Source: Bacteroidaceae bacterium
GTDB taxonomy: Bacteria > Bacteroidota > Bacteroidia > Bacteroidales > Bacteroidaceae
DNA length: 64,000 nt
Assembly: GCA_017647225.1 (NCBI GenBank)
Contig: JAGCLA010000023.1
Location: 198,663-262,662, forward strand
Reading direction: 5' to 3'
The stretch's first letter is position 1; each line of letters opens with the position of its first letter. Position numbers and translations under genes: made by a program. The notes below the pieces were generated by a model. It was given only the letters and a program-made list of their open reading frames with translations, did not search any database and had not been told where the DNA came from. Of this stretch, positions 30,773-41,291 are shown one piece after another.

Positions 30773-32731
30773 TTAGTTCTTGTAGTTACGTTGCTGTACC
30801 TTAATGTACTGATAGTTGAGGTCCTCTTTGAGGAGTTCTGGCTCTTCGCCCTCGCCGGTATATTTCCAGCAAGCCACGTATGAGAAGTTCTCATCGTCGC
30901 GTTTAGCCTCACCCTCTTCGGTCTGGTGTTCTTCGCGGAAGTGACCACCACAAGACTCCTCACGGTTCAATGCATCGTATGCCATGAGCTTACCGATCTC
31001 AATGAAGTCGAGAAGACGGAGTGCCTTTTCAAGCTCAATGTTCAATGTGTCAGCATCGCCAGGGATACGCAATTCGCTCCAGAAGATTTTCTCAACACGT
31101 GCAATCTCTTTCAAAGCCTTTTCAAGTGACTCCTTGGTACGTGCCATACCTACGTTGTCCCACATTACAAGACCGAGTTCCTTGTGGATTGAATCAACAC
31201 TACGTGTACCCTTGATAGCCATAAGCTTGGCAATCTTGTCGTTTACAGCCTTTTCTGCCTCAACGAACTCAGGTGCATCAGTACTGAAACGTGGAACCTG
31301 AATCTGGTCAGCAAGGTAGTTCTGTATTGTATAAGGAAGAACAAAGTAACCGTCAGCAAGACCCTGCATAAGAGCAGAGGCACCCAAACGGTTAGCACCG
31401 TGGTCGCTAAAGTTAGCCTCACCGATAGCAAACAAACCTGGGATAGATGTCTGCAACTCGTAGTCAACCCAGATACCACCCATTGTGTAGTGGATAGCAG
31501 GGAATATCATCATTGGCTCCTTGTATGGGTTAGTGTCGGCAATTTCCTCATACATATCGAAGAGGTTACCATAACGCTGACGTACAACGTCCTCACCCAA
31601 GCGCTGGATAGCATACTTAAAGTCGAGGAATACAGCCAAACCTGTATTGTTTACACCGAAGCCCTTGTCGCAACGCTCTTTAGCAGCACGTGAAGCAACG
31701 TCACGTGGAACAAGGTTACCGAATGCAGGATAACGACGCTCCAAGTAGAAGTCGCGGTCCTCATCGGGGATATCGTTAGGATGTTTTGTACCTGCCTGCA
31801 ATGCCTTAGCATCTTCGAGTTTCTTTGGTACCCAGATACGACCGTCGTTACGCAATGACTCAGACATAAGTGTAAGCTTAGACTGCTTGTCACCGTGAAC
31901 AGGGATACATGTAGGGTGAATCTGTGCATAACATGGGTTAGCGAAGTAAGCACCCTTACGGTAGCACTGCAATGCAGCAGAACCGTTGCTACCCATAGCA
32001 TTTGTTGAAAGGAAGTATGCATTACCGTAACCACCGGTAGCGATAACGACTGCGTGAGCAGCAAAACGCTCTACCTTACCTGTTACAAGGTTACGCGCGA
32101 TGATACCGCGTGCGCGACCGTCGATAACAACGAGGTCAAGCATCTCATAACGTGTGAATACCTTAACAGTACCCTGGTTTACCTGGTAGTTGAGTGCTGA
32201 GTAAGCACCGAGAAGAAGCTGCTGACCGGTCTGACCGCGAGCATAGAATGTACGCGATACCTGAGCACCACCGAATGAACGGTTAGCCAAAAGACCGCCG
32301 TACTCACGTGCGAAAGGTACACACTGTGCTACGCACTGGTCGATGATAGCACCTGATACCTCAGCCAAACGGTGAACGTTAGCCTCACGTGCACGGTAGT
32401 CACCACCCTTGATTGTATCGTAGAAAAGACGGTAAACAGAGTCGCCGTCATTCTGATAGTTTTTTGCAGCATTGATACCACCCTGCGCAGCAATAGAGTG
32501 AGCGCGACGTGGTGAATCCTGAATACAGAAGTTAAGCACGTTGAAACCCATAGCACCGAGAGAAGCAGCACCTGATGCACCTGCAAGACCGGTACCAACC
32601 ACGATGATATCCAACTTACGCTTGTTGGCAGGGTTCACCAATTTCTGATGTGCCTTGTAGTTCGTCCATTTTTCAGCCAATGGGCCTTCGGGGATTTTTG
32701 AATCCACTTTTACTGAACTTATTTTAGCCAT
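30773..32731 (-). CDS. frdA: Fumarate reductase / succinate dehydrogenase flavoprotein subunit
   Basis: 652 aa. FAD-binding [12 protein letters not shown], the [14 protein letters not shown] motif, and the ..[10 protein letters not shown].. motif. Confidence 0.95.
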   Translation of the reverse strand: MAKISSVKVDSKIPEGPLAEKWTNYKAHQKLVNPANKRKLDIIVVGTGLAGASGAASLGAMGFNVLNFCIQDSPRRAHSIAAQGGINAAKNYQNDGDSVYRLFYDTIKGGDYRAREANVHRLAEVSGAIIDQCVAQCVPFAREYGGLLANRSFGGAQVSRTFYARGQTGQQLLLGAYSALNYQVNQGTVKVFTRYEMLDLVVIDGRARGIIARNLVTGKVERFAAHAVVIATGGYGNAYFLSTNAMGSNGSAALQCYRKGAYFANPCYAQIHPTCIPVHGDKQSKLTLMSESLRNDGRIWVPKKLEDAKALQAGTKHPNDIPDEDRDFYLERRYPAFGNLVPRDVASRAAKERCDKGFGVNNTGLAVFLDFKYAIQRLGEDVVRQRYGNLFDMYEEIADTNPYKEPMMIFPAIHYTMGGIWVDYELQTSIPGLFAIGEANFSDHGANRLGASALMQGLADGYFVLPYTIQNYLADQIQVPRFSTDAPEFVEAEKAVNDKIAKLMAIKGTRSVDSIHKELGLVMWDNVGMARTKESLEKALKEIARVEKIFWSELRIPGDADTLNIELEKALRLLDFIEIGKLMAYDALNREESCGGHFREEHQTEEGEAKRDDENFSYVACWKYTGEGEEPELLKEDLNYQYIKVQQRNYKN

Positions 32732-32765
32732 AATATATTTGTTTTAGATTTTACAGTAAATGTTA

Positions 32766-33506
32766 TTAGCAACAAGGTGCGCAACAAGCTGCAGGAGCGG
32801 CAACCTCAATAGTTCCCAATGCGCCCAAGCCGAAGTAACCAGCAACGACAACAGCAAAGAAACCGAGGATAATCAAAGTAACGATAACGTTACCGATAGC
32901 CTTCCAACGGCAGAACCATACTTTGTTATTTACGCCAAGTGTCTGGATTGCGCTCCAAAAACCGTGTGTAAGATGGAACCACAAAGCTGCGAGCCATACA
33001 GTGTAAAGAGCTGCATAGACAGGGCATGTAAATGTTTTTGCAATGTAACCGGAGCCGTTTGCAACATCAGCCATAACAGCATCCTCTACATGCATACCCA
33101 ACTTGTGAAGAACTTCAGGCAACTGCATATTTGCCCAGAAATTGAACAAGTGCAATCCCAAACCAAGAATTACAATGATACCGAGAACAAGCATGTTCTG
33201 TGATGCCCAAGACACGTTCTTTGGTTTTTCAACCACTGCATAACGCTGTGAACCACGAGCTTTTCTGTTCTGGATTGTAAGCATGAAAGCATAAACGAAG
33301 TGCACAACAACGAGAGCAGCAAGACCAGCTGTTCCCACCAATGCATACCAGTTAGCTCCCAAGAACTCACAAATCATGTTGTAACCCTCAGTGCTGAAGA
33401 TAGCAACCAAGTTCATTGACATGTGGAAGAGAAGGAAGAGTACAAGGGCAATACCCGAAACACTCATTACTACCTTTCTTCCCACTGAAGAATTAAATAA
33501 CCACAT
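32766..33506 (-). CDS. frdC: Fumarate reductase / succinate dehydrogenase cytochrome b subunit
   Basis: 246 aa. Five hydrophobic helices with conserved His residues. N-terminus MWLFNSSVGRKVVMSVSGIALVLFLLFHMSMNL. It is the first gene of frdCAB. Unusual Cys-rich tail AACCAPCC. Confidence 0.88.
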   Translation of the reverse strand: MWLFNSSVGRKVVMSVSGIALVLFLLFHMSMNLVAIFSTEGYNMICEFLGANWYALVGTAGLAALVVVHFVYAFMLTIQNRKARGSQRYAVVEKPKNVSWASQNMLVLGIIVILGLGLHLFNFWANMQLPEVLHKLGMHVEDAVMADVANGSGYIAKTFTCPVYAALYTVWLAALWFHLTHGFWSAIQTLGVNNKVWFCRWKAIGNVIVTLIILGFFAVVVAGYFGLGALGTIEVAAPAACCAPCC

Positions 33507-33589
33507 AATGAATTGATATTAAATTATATAATAAATAAATAGTTCGTTAAAATGCCTTTTTATGCTATTTAAACATAATAACAATGTCA

Positions 33590-33597
33590 CAAAAATA
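33590..33597 (-). promoter_or_regulatory. Candidate -7 promoter box (TATTTTTG) for frdCAB
   Basis: The reverse complement of caaaaata matches TAnnTTTG, about 85 nt upstream of the frdC ATG. Confidence 0.4.
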
Positions 33598-33640
33598 AAC
33601 TTTTTTTTATTAAAAACATCAAAAGGCCCTTTTTTTTATG

Positions 33641-33648
33641 TAAGTTTG
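33641..33648 (+). promoter_or_regulatory. Candidate -7 promoter box (TAAGTTTG) for the GPH transporter gene
   Basis: Matches TAnnTTTG, 26 nt upstream of the ATG at 33674. Confidence 0.45.
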
Positions 33649-33673
33649 CCCAAAAATCAAAATAACAACAACA

Positions 33674-35059
33674 ATGGCAACACTAAAAGAAAAAATCGGA
33701 TACGGATTTGGCGACATGGCTTCTTCTATGTTCTGGAAAGTTTTCAGTGCCTATCTGCCGATATTTTACACTAACGTTTTCGGACTCGACCTCGGCCTTG
33801 CTGCAGCGCTGTTCCTCGTAACAAAAATTTGGGATGCAGTGTCAGACCCTATGATGGGTATAATTGCAGACCGCACCACAACCAAGTGGGGTAAATACCG
33901 CCCTTACCTGTTATGGATAGCTATTCCTTTTGCAATAGCCGGAATACTTTTGTTCACCACTCCCGACCTTAGCGAAACAGGCAAGAACGTATGGGCATTT
34001 GTCACATACATTCTTATGATGACCATTTACACAGCCATAAACGTGCCTTACGGCTCAATGCTCGGTGTTATGACAGAAGATACCGATGAAAAGACTGTTT
34101 TTTCATCATACAGAATGTTCTTCGCTTATACAGGTTCATTCATCGTGCTTGCATTGTGGGAACCTCTGTGTAATGCCATAGCAGGAACGAGCGGCAAGCT
34201 CACATACGACCCACAGGCATGGCAAACAGCAATGGTTGTTGTCAGCACTGCATGCCTTATACTGTTTGTACTCACATTCATGATGACACGCGAGAGAATC
34301 AAGCCTACCATCAAACAGACAAGCATTAAAGATGACTTCAAGTCACTATTGCACAACGGACCTTGGTGGATTCTGCTCGGCGGTGTGCTGTTCTTCAACT
34401 TCTTCGGTGCAGTAAGATATGCCGTAATACCTTACTATTTTGCCACACAGATTGCCGAAGGCGCAACATTGTCATTCTTTTCGATAGATTTTATATTCTA
34501 TGCCGGCATATTCTTTACCATTGGCGAAATTGCAAACATGGTAGGTGTAGCCATTGCCACTCCAATAACATTCAAAATAGGCAAGAAAAGCACATTCCTC
34601 TACTCGCTGTTTGCAATAATGGCGCTATGCATTGCATTTTACTATGTACCTACCGATTCGGCATCAGGATATTGGACCTTATTGATTCTGCAAATTGCAA
34701 CAGGTATCTTTACAGGTATAATCTCTCCGCTTGTATGGAGTATGTATGCCGACATTTCTGATTATGCAGAGCTTAAGTTCAAGACCGCCTCTACCGGCTT
34801 GATATTCTCTTCATCATCAATGGCACAGAAGTTCGGTGGAGCATTCGGAACTTCAGCTGTTCTTTGGTTGCTTGCAGCTTTTGGTTTCAATACTGCAGAA
34901 GGCGCCGTACAGACACCCGATGCTATTGAAGGGCTTCGCTTGCTAATAAGTTGGATTCCTGCAGGTATTGCGGCATTGTCGGCTATCTTCATTTTCATTT
35001 ACCCGTTGACAACAAAACGCATGAAGGATATTACAAAGCAACTGAACAAGACAAGATAA
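33674..35059 (+). CDS. Glycoside-pentoside-hexuronide (GPH):cation symporter family MFS transporter
   Basis: 461 aa, 12 TM segments. N-terminal KIGYGFGDMASSMFW and DPMMGIIADRTTTKWGKYRPY motifs are typical of MelB/YicJ-type GPH transporters. Confidence 0.85.
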   Translation: MATLKEKIGYGFGDMASSMFWKVFSAYLPIFYTNVFGLDLGLAAALFLVTKIWDAVSDPMMGIIADRTTTKWGKYRPYLLWIAIPFAIAGILLFTTPDLSETGKNVWAFVTYILMMTIYTAINVPYGSMLGVMTEDTDEKTVFSSYRMFFAYTGSFIVLALWEPLCNAIAGTSGKLTYDPQAWQTAMVVVSTACLILFVLTFMMTRERIKPTIKQTSIKDDFKSLLHNGPWWILLGGVLFFNFFGAVRYAVIPYYFATQIAEGATLSFFSIDFIFYAGIFFTIGEIANMVGVAIATPITFKIGKKSTFLYSLFAIMALCIAFYYVPTDSASGYWTLLILQIATGIFTGIISPLVWSMYADISDYAELKFKTASTGLIFSSSSMAQKFGGAFGTSAVLWLLAAFGFNTAEGAVQTPDAIEGLRLLISWIPAGIAALSAIFIFIYPLTTKRMKDITKQLNKTR

Positions 35060-35080
35060 AAACATTATTTTTACGATAAA

Positions 35081-35122
35081 ACGAGAAAAGGAGAAACTGT
35101 TGAAGCGAACTCCTTTTCTCGT
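35081..35122 (+). terminator. Hairpin terminator after the GPH transporter gene
   Basis: ACGAGAAAAGGAG-16 nt-CTCCTTTTCTCGT, a 13-bp stem followed by TTTCTTATT. Confidence 0.7.
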
Positions 35123-35160
35123 TTTCTTATTCAATTTTTGTTATTCAACGCAAGTTGTAT

Positions 35161-35168
35161 TATTTTTG
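35161..35168 (+). promoter_or_regulatory. Candidate -7 promoter box (TATTTTTG) for mnmG
   Basis: Matches TAnnTTTG, 32 nt upstream of the ATG at 35200. This supports the shorter mnmG start. Confidence 0.45.
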
Positions 35169-35199
35169 TATGTTTTTAGTAAAAACATATTCGGCAGAT

Positions 35200-37071
35200 A
35201 TGACATTTGAATACGACATACTTGTAATTGGTGCAGGCCACGCTGGCTGTGAAGCGGCAGCTGCAGCAGCGAACATGGGCAAGAAGACATGCCTTATGAC
35301 AATAGACATGAACAAAATTGCCCAGATGAGTTGCAACCCTGCCATTGGCGGAATTGCCAAAGGACAGATTGTTCGCGAAATTGATGCTCTCGGAGGATAC
35401 ACAGGTATCATAACCGACAAGGCATCGATACAATTCCGCATGCTCAACCGTTCTAAAGGCCCTGCGATGTGGAGCCCACGCGCACAGTGCGACAGAATGA
35501 AGTTCAGCCAATACTGGAGAGAGGTTCTCGAGAACATTCCAAACCTGCACATGTGGCAGGACATAGCAACAGAACTTATTGTCGAAGAGGGTAAGGCTGT
35601 CGGTGTAAAGACACAGATGAATGCCACATTCCTTGCAAAGAGCGTCATAATAACTGCAGGAACATTCCTCAATGGACTTATGCACATCGGCAAAGTACAG
35701 ATTGAGGGTGGTCGTGTGGCAGAGCCTGCAGCAAAGGGACTTACCGAGTCAATAACAAAGCACGGCATAACAGCCGGACGCATGAAAACAGGAACACCTG
35801 TACGCCTCGACAAGCGCTCAATAAACATGCAACTCGTTGATATTCAAGAGGGTGACAATGATTTTCACCGTTTTTCATACAGCAATACAGAGCGCAATCT
35901 CAAACAATTGCCATGTTGGGGATGTTACACAAACCCTGAGGTTCACAAGATACTCAGCGACAGCCTTGCCGACTCACCGCTCTACAACGGACAGATACAG
36001 AGCATTGGCCCGCGCTATTGCCCAAGCATTGAGACAAAAATCGTAACATTTGCCGAGCGTGACCGTCACCTGCTGTTCCTTGAGCCCGAAGGCGAAACCA
36101 CACAGGAGATTTATGTAAACGGTTTCTCGTCGTCGTTACCTATGGAGGCACAGCTCACAGCTCTGCGCAAGATACCTGCACTTGAGAATGCTGTTGCCTA
36201 CCGCCCTGGATATGCAATAGAATATGACTATTTCGACCCCACCCAACTGAAACATACATTAGAGTCGAAAGTTATAGAAAATCTCTACTTTGCAGGACAG
36301 GTAAACGGAACGACAGGTTACGAAGAGGCTGCCGGACAAGGTATAATCGCCGGCATAAACGCAGCCATGAAAATCGACGACAAAGGCGAGTTTGTTCTGC
36401 GACGCGACGAGGCTTACATTGGAGTTCTCATTGACGACCTGGTAACAAAAGGTGTAGATGAGCCTTACAGAATGTTTACGTCAAGAGCCGAATATCGCAT
36501 ATTATTGCGCTCGGATAATGCCGATACACGATTGACAGAAATGTCATACAAAGCCGGACTTGCAACCCAAGAGAGATACGACCGCTTATGTGAGAAAAAA
36601 GCGAAGATTGAACGACTGACAGATTTTATAAACAATTTTTCAATCAAAGCCGACCTCATTAACAAGGGACTTGAAGAACTTGGTACTACCCCACTTATTC
36701 GCGGTTGCAAACTTGCTTCAATTATTGAACGCCCACAAATTACCATTGAAAAAATTTCGGAATATATAGTTCCGCTCAAACGCGAACTTGACAAGTTGGG
36801 CGCAGACAGAGATGAGATAATTGAGGCTACCGAAATTGAGATAAAGTATCGTGGCTACATACAACGAGAACGTGAACTTGCAGAACGAATGGTAAGACTT
36901 GAAAACATAAAAATAAAAGGTAGATTTGATTACAACAATATCGAGTCGCTTTCGACCGAAGCAAGACAAAAACTCACAGCCATAAACCCCGACACACTTG
37001 CACAGGCAAGCCGCATACCGGGAGTGTCGCCAAGCGATATAAATGTATTGCTGGTTTTGGTACGAAAATAA
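35200..37071 (+). CDS. mnmG: tRNA uridine-5-carboxymethylaminomethyl(34) synthesis enzyme MnmG (GidA)
   Basis: ORF 35155..37071, trimmed to the ATG at 35200 ([20 protein letters not shown], an FAD-binding motif within the first 20 aa as in MnmG). About 623 aa. Confidence 0.95.
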   Translation: MTFEYDILVIGAGHAGCEAAAAAANMGKKTCLMTIDMNKIAQMSCNPAIGGIAKGQIVREIDALGGYTGIITDKASIQFRMLNRSKGPAMWSPRAQCDRMKFSQYWREVLENIPNLHMWQDIATELIVEEGKAVGVKTQMNATFLAKSVIITAGTFLNGLMHIGKVQIEGGRVAEPAAKGLTESITKHGITAGRMKTGTPVRLDKRSINMQLVDIQEGDNDFHRFSYSNTERNLKQLPCWGCYTNPEVHKILSDSLADSPLYNGQIQSIGPRYCPSIETKIVTFAERDRHLLFLEPEGETTQEIYVNGFSSSLPMEAQLTALRKIPALENAVAYRPGYAIEYDYFDPTQLKHTLESKVIENLYFAGQVNGTTGYEEAAGQGIIAGINAAMKIDDKGEFVLRRDEAYIGVLIDDLVTKGVDEPYRMFTSRAEYRILLRSDNADTRLTEMSYKAGLATQERYDRLCEKKAKIERLTDFINNFSIKADLINKGLEELGTTPLIRGCKLASIIERPQITIEKISEYIVPLKRELDKLGADRDEIIEATEIEIKYRGYIQRERELAERMVRLENIKIKGRFDYNNIESLSTEARQKLTAINPDTLAQASRIPGVSPSDINVLLVLVRK

Positions 37072-37128
37072 ATGTTCCACGTGGAACAATGCTATAAAAA
37101 TTATACGATAACCAAAAAAATATAGAAT

Positions 37129-37662
37129 ATGAATAAGGAACTATTATTGCAGAACTTAAGAAATATCCCAGACTTTCCAATACCGGGAATACAGTTCAAA
37201 GATGTAACATCGTTGTTCAAGAACCCCGCATGCTTGCGCGAAATGGACAATGCCCTTTACGAATTATACAAGGACAAAGGTATTACAAAAATCGTGGGTA
37301 TTGAATCACGTGGTTTTGTAATGGCATCGGCTCTTGCCGTTAAATTGAATGCAGGATTTGTGCCTATCCGCAAGCCCGGCAAATTGCCTGCTGAGACAAT
37401 AAGCGAGACTTATGGAAAGGAGTATGGCCGCGACACTATTGAAATCCACAAGGACGCAATTGACGAAAACGATGTTATTCTTATACACGACGACCTTTTG
37501 GCAACGGGCGGAACAATGCTTGCAGCATACAATCTTGTAAAAAAGCTGAACCCCAAAAAGGTTATGATTAATTTCATTATAGAACTGAAAGGTCTTAAAG
37601 GAAGGGATATATTCCCCGAAGACACCGAAATTGATTGTCTGTTGGAACTTGAAGGAAAGTAA
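37129..37662 (+). CDS. apt: Adenine phosphoribosyltransferase
   Basis: 177 aa. PRPP-binding motif VILIHDDLLATGGT. Typical Apt N-terminus with ..IPDFPIPGIQFKD. Confidence 0.93.
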   Translation: MNKELLLQNLRNIPDFPIPGIQFKDVTSLFKNPACLREMDNALYELYKDKGITKIVGIESRGFVMASALAVKLNAGFVPIRKPGKLPAETISETYGKEYGRDTIEIHKDAIDENDVILIHDDLLATGGTMLAAYNLVKKLNPKKVMINFIIELKGLKGRDIFPEDTEIDCLLELEGK

Positions 37663-37667
37663 CAGGT

Positions 37668-39503
37668 ATGAACAAAGAGGATAGAAACAAGAGGGAAGAG
37701 TACATTAAGAACATTGTAAGCAACCTTCCTGATTCACCCGGCTGCTACCAATACCTCAACGAAAATGGGGTAATTATTTATGTAGGCAAAGCAAAGAACC
37801 TGAAGCGCCGCGTATCCTCATATTTCAACAAAGAGCAACAGACACTGAAAACAAAGTTGCTCGTTTCTAAAATTGCCGACATAAAATATGTCGTTGTAAA
37901 CAGCGAGGCCGATGCATTGCTTTTAGAGAATAACCTCATAAAGCAGCATAAGCCTCGCTATAATGTTCTATTAAAGGACGACAAGACTTACCCGTCTATC
38001 TGCATTACAAAAGAGTATTTCCCGAAAATATTCAAAACGCGTAAGATAATAAAGGAGCGCGGGCGTTATTTCGGACCATACACAAACAGTGGGGCGCTCA
38101 ATGCACTGCTTGAACTAACAAAAGAGCTCTTTCCGTTAAGGACTTGCAACCTGAATATAACTCCTGAAGGTGTAAGACATGGCAAGTACAGCCCATGCCT
38201 TGAATATCAGATTAAAAATTGCTGTGCGCCTTGTATAGGCAAGATATCAAAGGACGATTATTGCAAATATATCGATGAAGTCATAGCCATATTAAAAGGA
38301 GATATCAAGATTCTGCAGGAAAAATTGCTTGGAGAGATGAAAGAAAAAGCCGCAAACCTTGAGTTTGAAGCTGCTGCTGAAATAAAGAAAAGATATCAAT
38401 TAATCGAAAATTTTAGGACACGAAGCGAGGTTGTAAGCGCATCAATGAACAACATTGACGTATTCAACATCGAAAGCGATGAAAAGAGCGCATTCATCAA
38501 CTTCCTGCACATCACAAACGGATGCATCAACCAGGCATTCACTATCGAGTATCAGAAAAAGCTCGATGAGAACGATGCGGAATTGATTTCTATGGGTATT
38601 GTGGAATTACGTGAAAGATTCAACAGTAATGCAAAAGAAATTATACTCCCCTTCCCTATTGAACTACCTCTTGAAGGAGTAACAATAACCATACCGCAAA
38701 AAGGCGAAAAAGCACGTCTTTTGGCATTGTCGAGGCTGAATGTAAAACAATATAAAGCCGACCGTCTGAAACAGGAAGACAAGCTAAATCCCGAGCAGAA
38801 AAACACCCGCCTCATGAAGGAGATTCAAGAGATGTTGAACCTTGATAAACTCCCGATGAAAATAGAGTGTTTTGACAATTCAAATATACAGGGAAGCGAT
38901 GCTGTTGCGGCATGTGTTGTGTTCCAAAAACTAAAACCGTCGAAAAAGGAGTATAGGAAATTCAACATAAAAAGTGTTGCCGGACCTGATGACTATGCGT
39001 CAATGCGAGAGGTTGTTGGACGACGATACAGACGTTGTATCGAGGAGGGCGAGGGCTTGCCTGACTTGATTATAGCCGACGGCGGAAAAGGACAAATGGA
39101 GGCTATAAGAGAAGTTATTGAAGACGAACTTGGACTTAAGATAAAAATTGCCGGACTTGTCAAGGACGGCAAGCACCGCACAACAGAATTGATTGTCGGT
39201 GACAATGGAGAGACTGTAGGATTAAAGCAGAACACCACCCTATTCCGTCTGATGACACAAATACAGGACGAGGTTCACCGTTTTGCCATAACATTCCACC
39301 GCAACAAACGCAGCAAGCGACAGACGGCATCAGAACTGGATAGCATAAAGGGAATTGGAGAAAAGAGCAAGCAAGCACTGTTACAGCATTTCAAGAGCGT
39401 AAAACGCATAAAGGAAGCAAGCATGGAAGAGCTTGCTGCAGTTGTTGGAAAAGCAAAAGCCAACATTATACTTGAAAGTATAAATGAAAAACAAGAAAAC
39501 TGA
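37668..39503 (+). CDS. uvrC: Excinuclease ABC subunit C
   Basis: 611 aa. GIY-YIG domain (GCYQYLNENGVIIYVGKAKNLKRRVSSY), UVR domain (..EFEAAAEIKKRY..), and a C-terminal HhH region (LDSIKGIGEKSKQALL). Confidence 0.95.
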   Translation: MNKEDRNKREEYIKNIVSNLPDSPGCYQYLNENGVIIYVGKAKNLKRRVSSYFNKEQQTLKTKLLVSKIADIKYVVVNSEADALLLENNLIKQHKPRYNVLLKDDKTYPSICITKEYFPKIFKTRKIIKERGRYFGPYTNSGALNALLELTKELFPLRTCNLNITPEGVRHGKYSPCLEYQIKNCCAPCIGKISKDDYCKYIDEVIAILKGDIKILQEKLLGEMKEKAANLEFEAAAEIKKRYQLIENFRTRSEVVSASMNNIDVFNIESDEKSAFINFLHITNGCINQAFTIEYQKKLDENDAELISMGIVELRERFNSNAKEIILPFPIELPLEGVTITIPQKGEKARLLALSRLNVKQYKADRLKQEDKLNPEQKNTRLMKEIQEMLNLDKLPMKIECFDNSNIQGSDAVAACVVFQKLKPSKKEYRKFNIKSVAGPDDYASMREVVGRRYRRCIEEGEGLPDLIIADGGKGQMEAIREVIEDELGLKIKIAGLVKDGKHRTTELIVGDNGETVGLKQNTTLFRLMTQIQDEVHRFAITFHRNKRSKRQTASELDSIKGIGEKSKQALLQHFKSVKRIKEASMEELAAVVGKAKANIILESINEKQEN

Positions 39504-39564
39504 AATAATACCCTATTTTTGCGTATATTAGCAACATAAAAGAGGAAAACAACAAATTCGAGTT

Positions 39565-40017
39565 ATGAGAGTACTTATACAAAGGGTAAAAAAGGCATCT
39601 GTTACAGTTAATAAAGAACTTATCTCATTGATTGACAACGGCTTACTTGTTTTTGTCGGTATAGGAGAAGAAGATAATGCCGAAGATATAGAATGGCTTA
39701 CAAAAAAAATAGCCAATATAAGGCTTTTCGATGACGAGAACGGCGTGATGAACAAATCTGTGATTGACATTGACGGGGAGATACTTGCGGTAAGCCAATT
39801 CACACTTATGGCATCGACAAAAAAAGGCAATCGCCCTTCATATATAAAGGCTGCAAAACCCGATATATCGATACCGTTATACGAGCAATTCTGCACAGAA
39901 ATGGAGATTGCAATAAACAAACCTATCAAGCGAGGTGTTTTTGGTGCAGACATGAAGGTTGAATTGCTGAATGACGGCCCGGTAACTATATTCATCGACT
40001 CAAAGAACAAGGAATGA
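39565..40017 (+). CDS. dtd: D-aminoacyl-tRNA deacylase
   Basis: 150 aa. MRVLIQRV N-terminus, SQFTL motif, GVFGADM motif. Confidence 0.93.
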   Translation: MRVLIQRVKKASVTVNKELISLIDNGLLVFVGIGEEDNAEDIEWLTKKIANIRLFDDENGVMNKSVIDIDGEILAVSQFTLMASTKKGNRPSYIKAAKPDISIPLYEQFCTEMEIAINKPIKRGVFGADMKVELLNDGPVTIFIDSKNKE

Positions 40018-40352
40018 GTATGACCATAAAAGAGGCACAGGAACGCATTGATGCGTGGATAAAAGAGTATGGGGTACGTTATTTCAACGAACTTACCAAT
40101 ATGGCTATTCTCACCGAAGAGGTTGGTGAAGTGGCGCGTATAATGGCACGCAAATACGGCGAACAGTCGTTCAAGGAAAATGACAAATGTGAACTTTCTG
40201 ACGAACTTGCCGATGTTCTTTGGGTGCTTATCTGCATAGCTAACCAGACAGGCATTGACCTGACAGAAGCTTTGCAGAAAAACCTCGATAAAAAGACAAA
40301 AAGAGATAATAAAAGACATATAAACAACCCAAAACTTAACAGAGATGAGTGA
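40014..40352 (+). CDS. MazG-like nucleotide pyrophosphohydrolase (small single-domain form)
   Basis: 112 aa. EExGExxR.. and ELADVLWVL motifs of the all-alpha NTP pyrophosphohydrolase family. Overlaps the dtd stop by 4 nt. Confidence 0.85.
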   Translation: MSMTIKEAQERIDAWIKEYGVRYFNELTNMAILTEEVGEVARIMARKYGEQSFKENDKCELSDELADVLWVLICIANQTGIDLTEALQKNLDKKTKRDNKRHINNPKLNRDE

Positions 40353-41280
40353 AAACTGCAATTGTGGATGTGGTAACCATACACACCACACTGACGAAGA
40401 GAGCAAGTATGATTTTGTCCTTGCAGAATACAGCAATGCAATGACTGATGAGGAGGTTGCAGGCAAAGTAAAGCAGCTGATTGAAAATAAAGTAGAGGAG
40501 AACAATACTTTAGAGGTAAAGAAATTCCTTTTCAACTGCATAGACCTGACAACACTCAAATGCACCGACAGCGAGGAGAGCGTTATGCGTTTTACAGAGA
40601 AGGTAAACGAGTTTGACGACAAACATCCCGACTTGAAAAACGTTGCAGCTATCTGCGTATATCCAAACTTCGCAAAGATAGTAAACGACACATTGGAAGT
40701 TGAGAATGTAGGTATAGCTTGTGTTTCAGGCGGTTTCCCCTCTTCACAGACATTCCAAGAGATTAAAATTGCCGAAACAGCCATGGCCATACACGATGGT
40801 GCAACAGAAATAGACATTGTGCTAAGCGTAGGCAAGTTCCTCAGCGGTGACTACGAGGGTGTATGCGACGAAATACAGGAACTGAAAAGTGTATGCGGTG
40901 ACAAACACCTGAAAGTAATTCTCGAGACCGGCGCATTAAAGAGTGCTGAGAATATCAAAAAAGCTTCGATTCTATCGATTTATTCAGGTGCTGATTTTAT
41001 CAAGACATCAACAGGCAAGGAATCACCGGCCGCTACACCTGAAGCAGCTTATGTAATGTGTCAGACAATCAAGGAGTACTACCTAAAGACAGGCCGCAAA
41101 ATTGGTTTCAAGCCAGCGGGAGGAATAAACACAGTACATGATGCACTTGTATATTACACAATTGTAAAGGAATTGTTGGGTGAGGAGTGGCTCACAAACG
41201 AACTATTCCGACTTGGAACAAGCCGTCTTGCAAACCTTTGCTTGAGTGAAATTCTTGGGGAAGAGGTCAAGTTCTTCTAA
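40345..41280 (+). CDS. deoC: Deoxyribose-phosphate aldolase (long form)
   Basis: 311 aa. Schiff-base lysine context DFIKTSTGK, plus ..IDIVLSVG.. and ..FKPAGGI.. motifs. Cys/His-rich N-terminus MSENCNCGCGNHTHH. The ATG overlaps the mazG-like stop by 8 nt. Confidence 0.9.
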   Translation: MSENCNCGCGNHTHHTDEESKYDFVLAEYSNAMTDEEVAGKVKQLIENKVEENNTLEVKKFLFNCIDLTTLKCTDSEESVMRFTEKVNEFDDKHPDLKNVAAICVYPNFAKIVNDTLEVENVGIACVSGGFPSSQTFQEIKIAETAMAIHDGATEIDIVLSVGKFLSGDYEGVCDEIQELKSVCGDKHLKVILETGALKSAENIKKASILSIYSGADFIKTSTGKESPAATPEAAYVMCQTIKEYYLKTGRKIGFKPAGGINTVHDALVYYTIVKELLGEEWLTNELFRLGTSRLANLCLSEILGEEVKFF

Positions 41281-41291
41281 AAAATAAAACT

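Noticed and set aside
35160-35828. 222-aa and 169-aa minus-strand ORFs inside mnmG.
   Set aside because: They are antisense to a highly conserved gene, and I found no motifs. They are shadow ORFs caused by codon bias of the sense strand.
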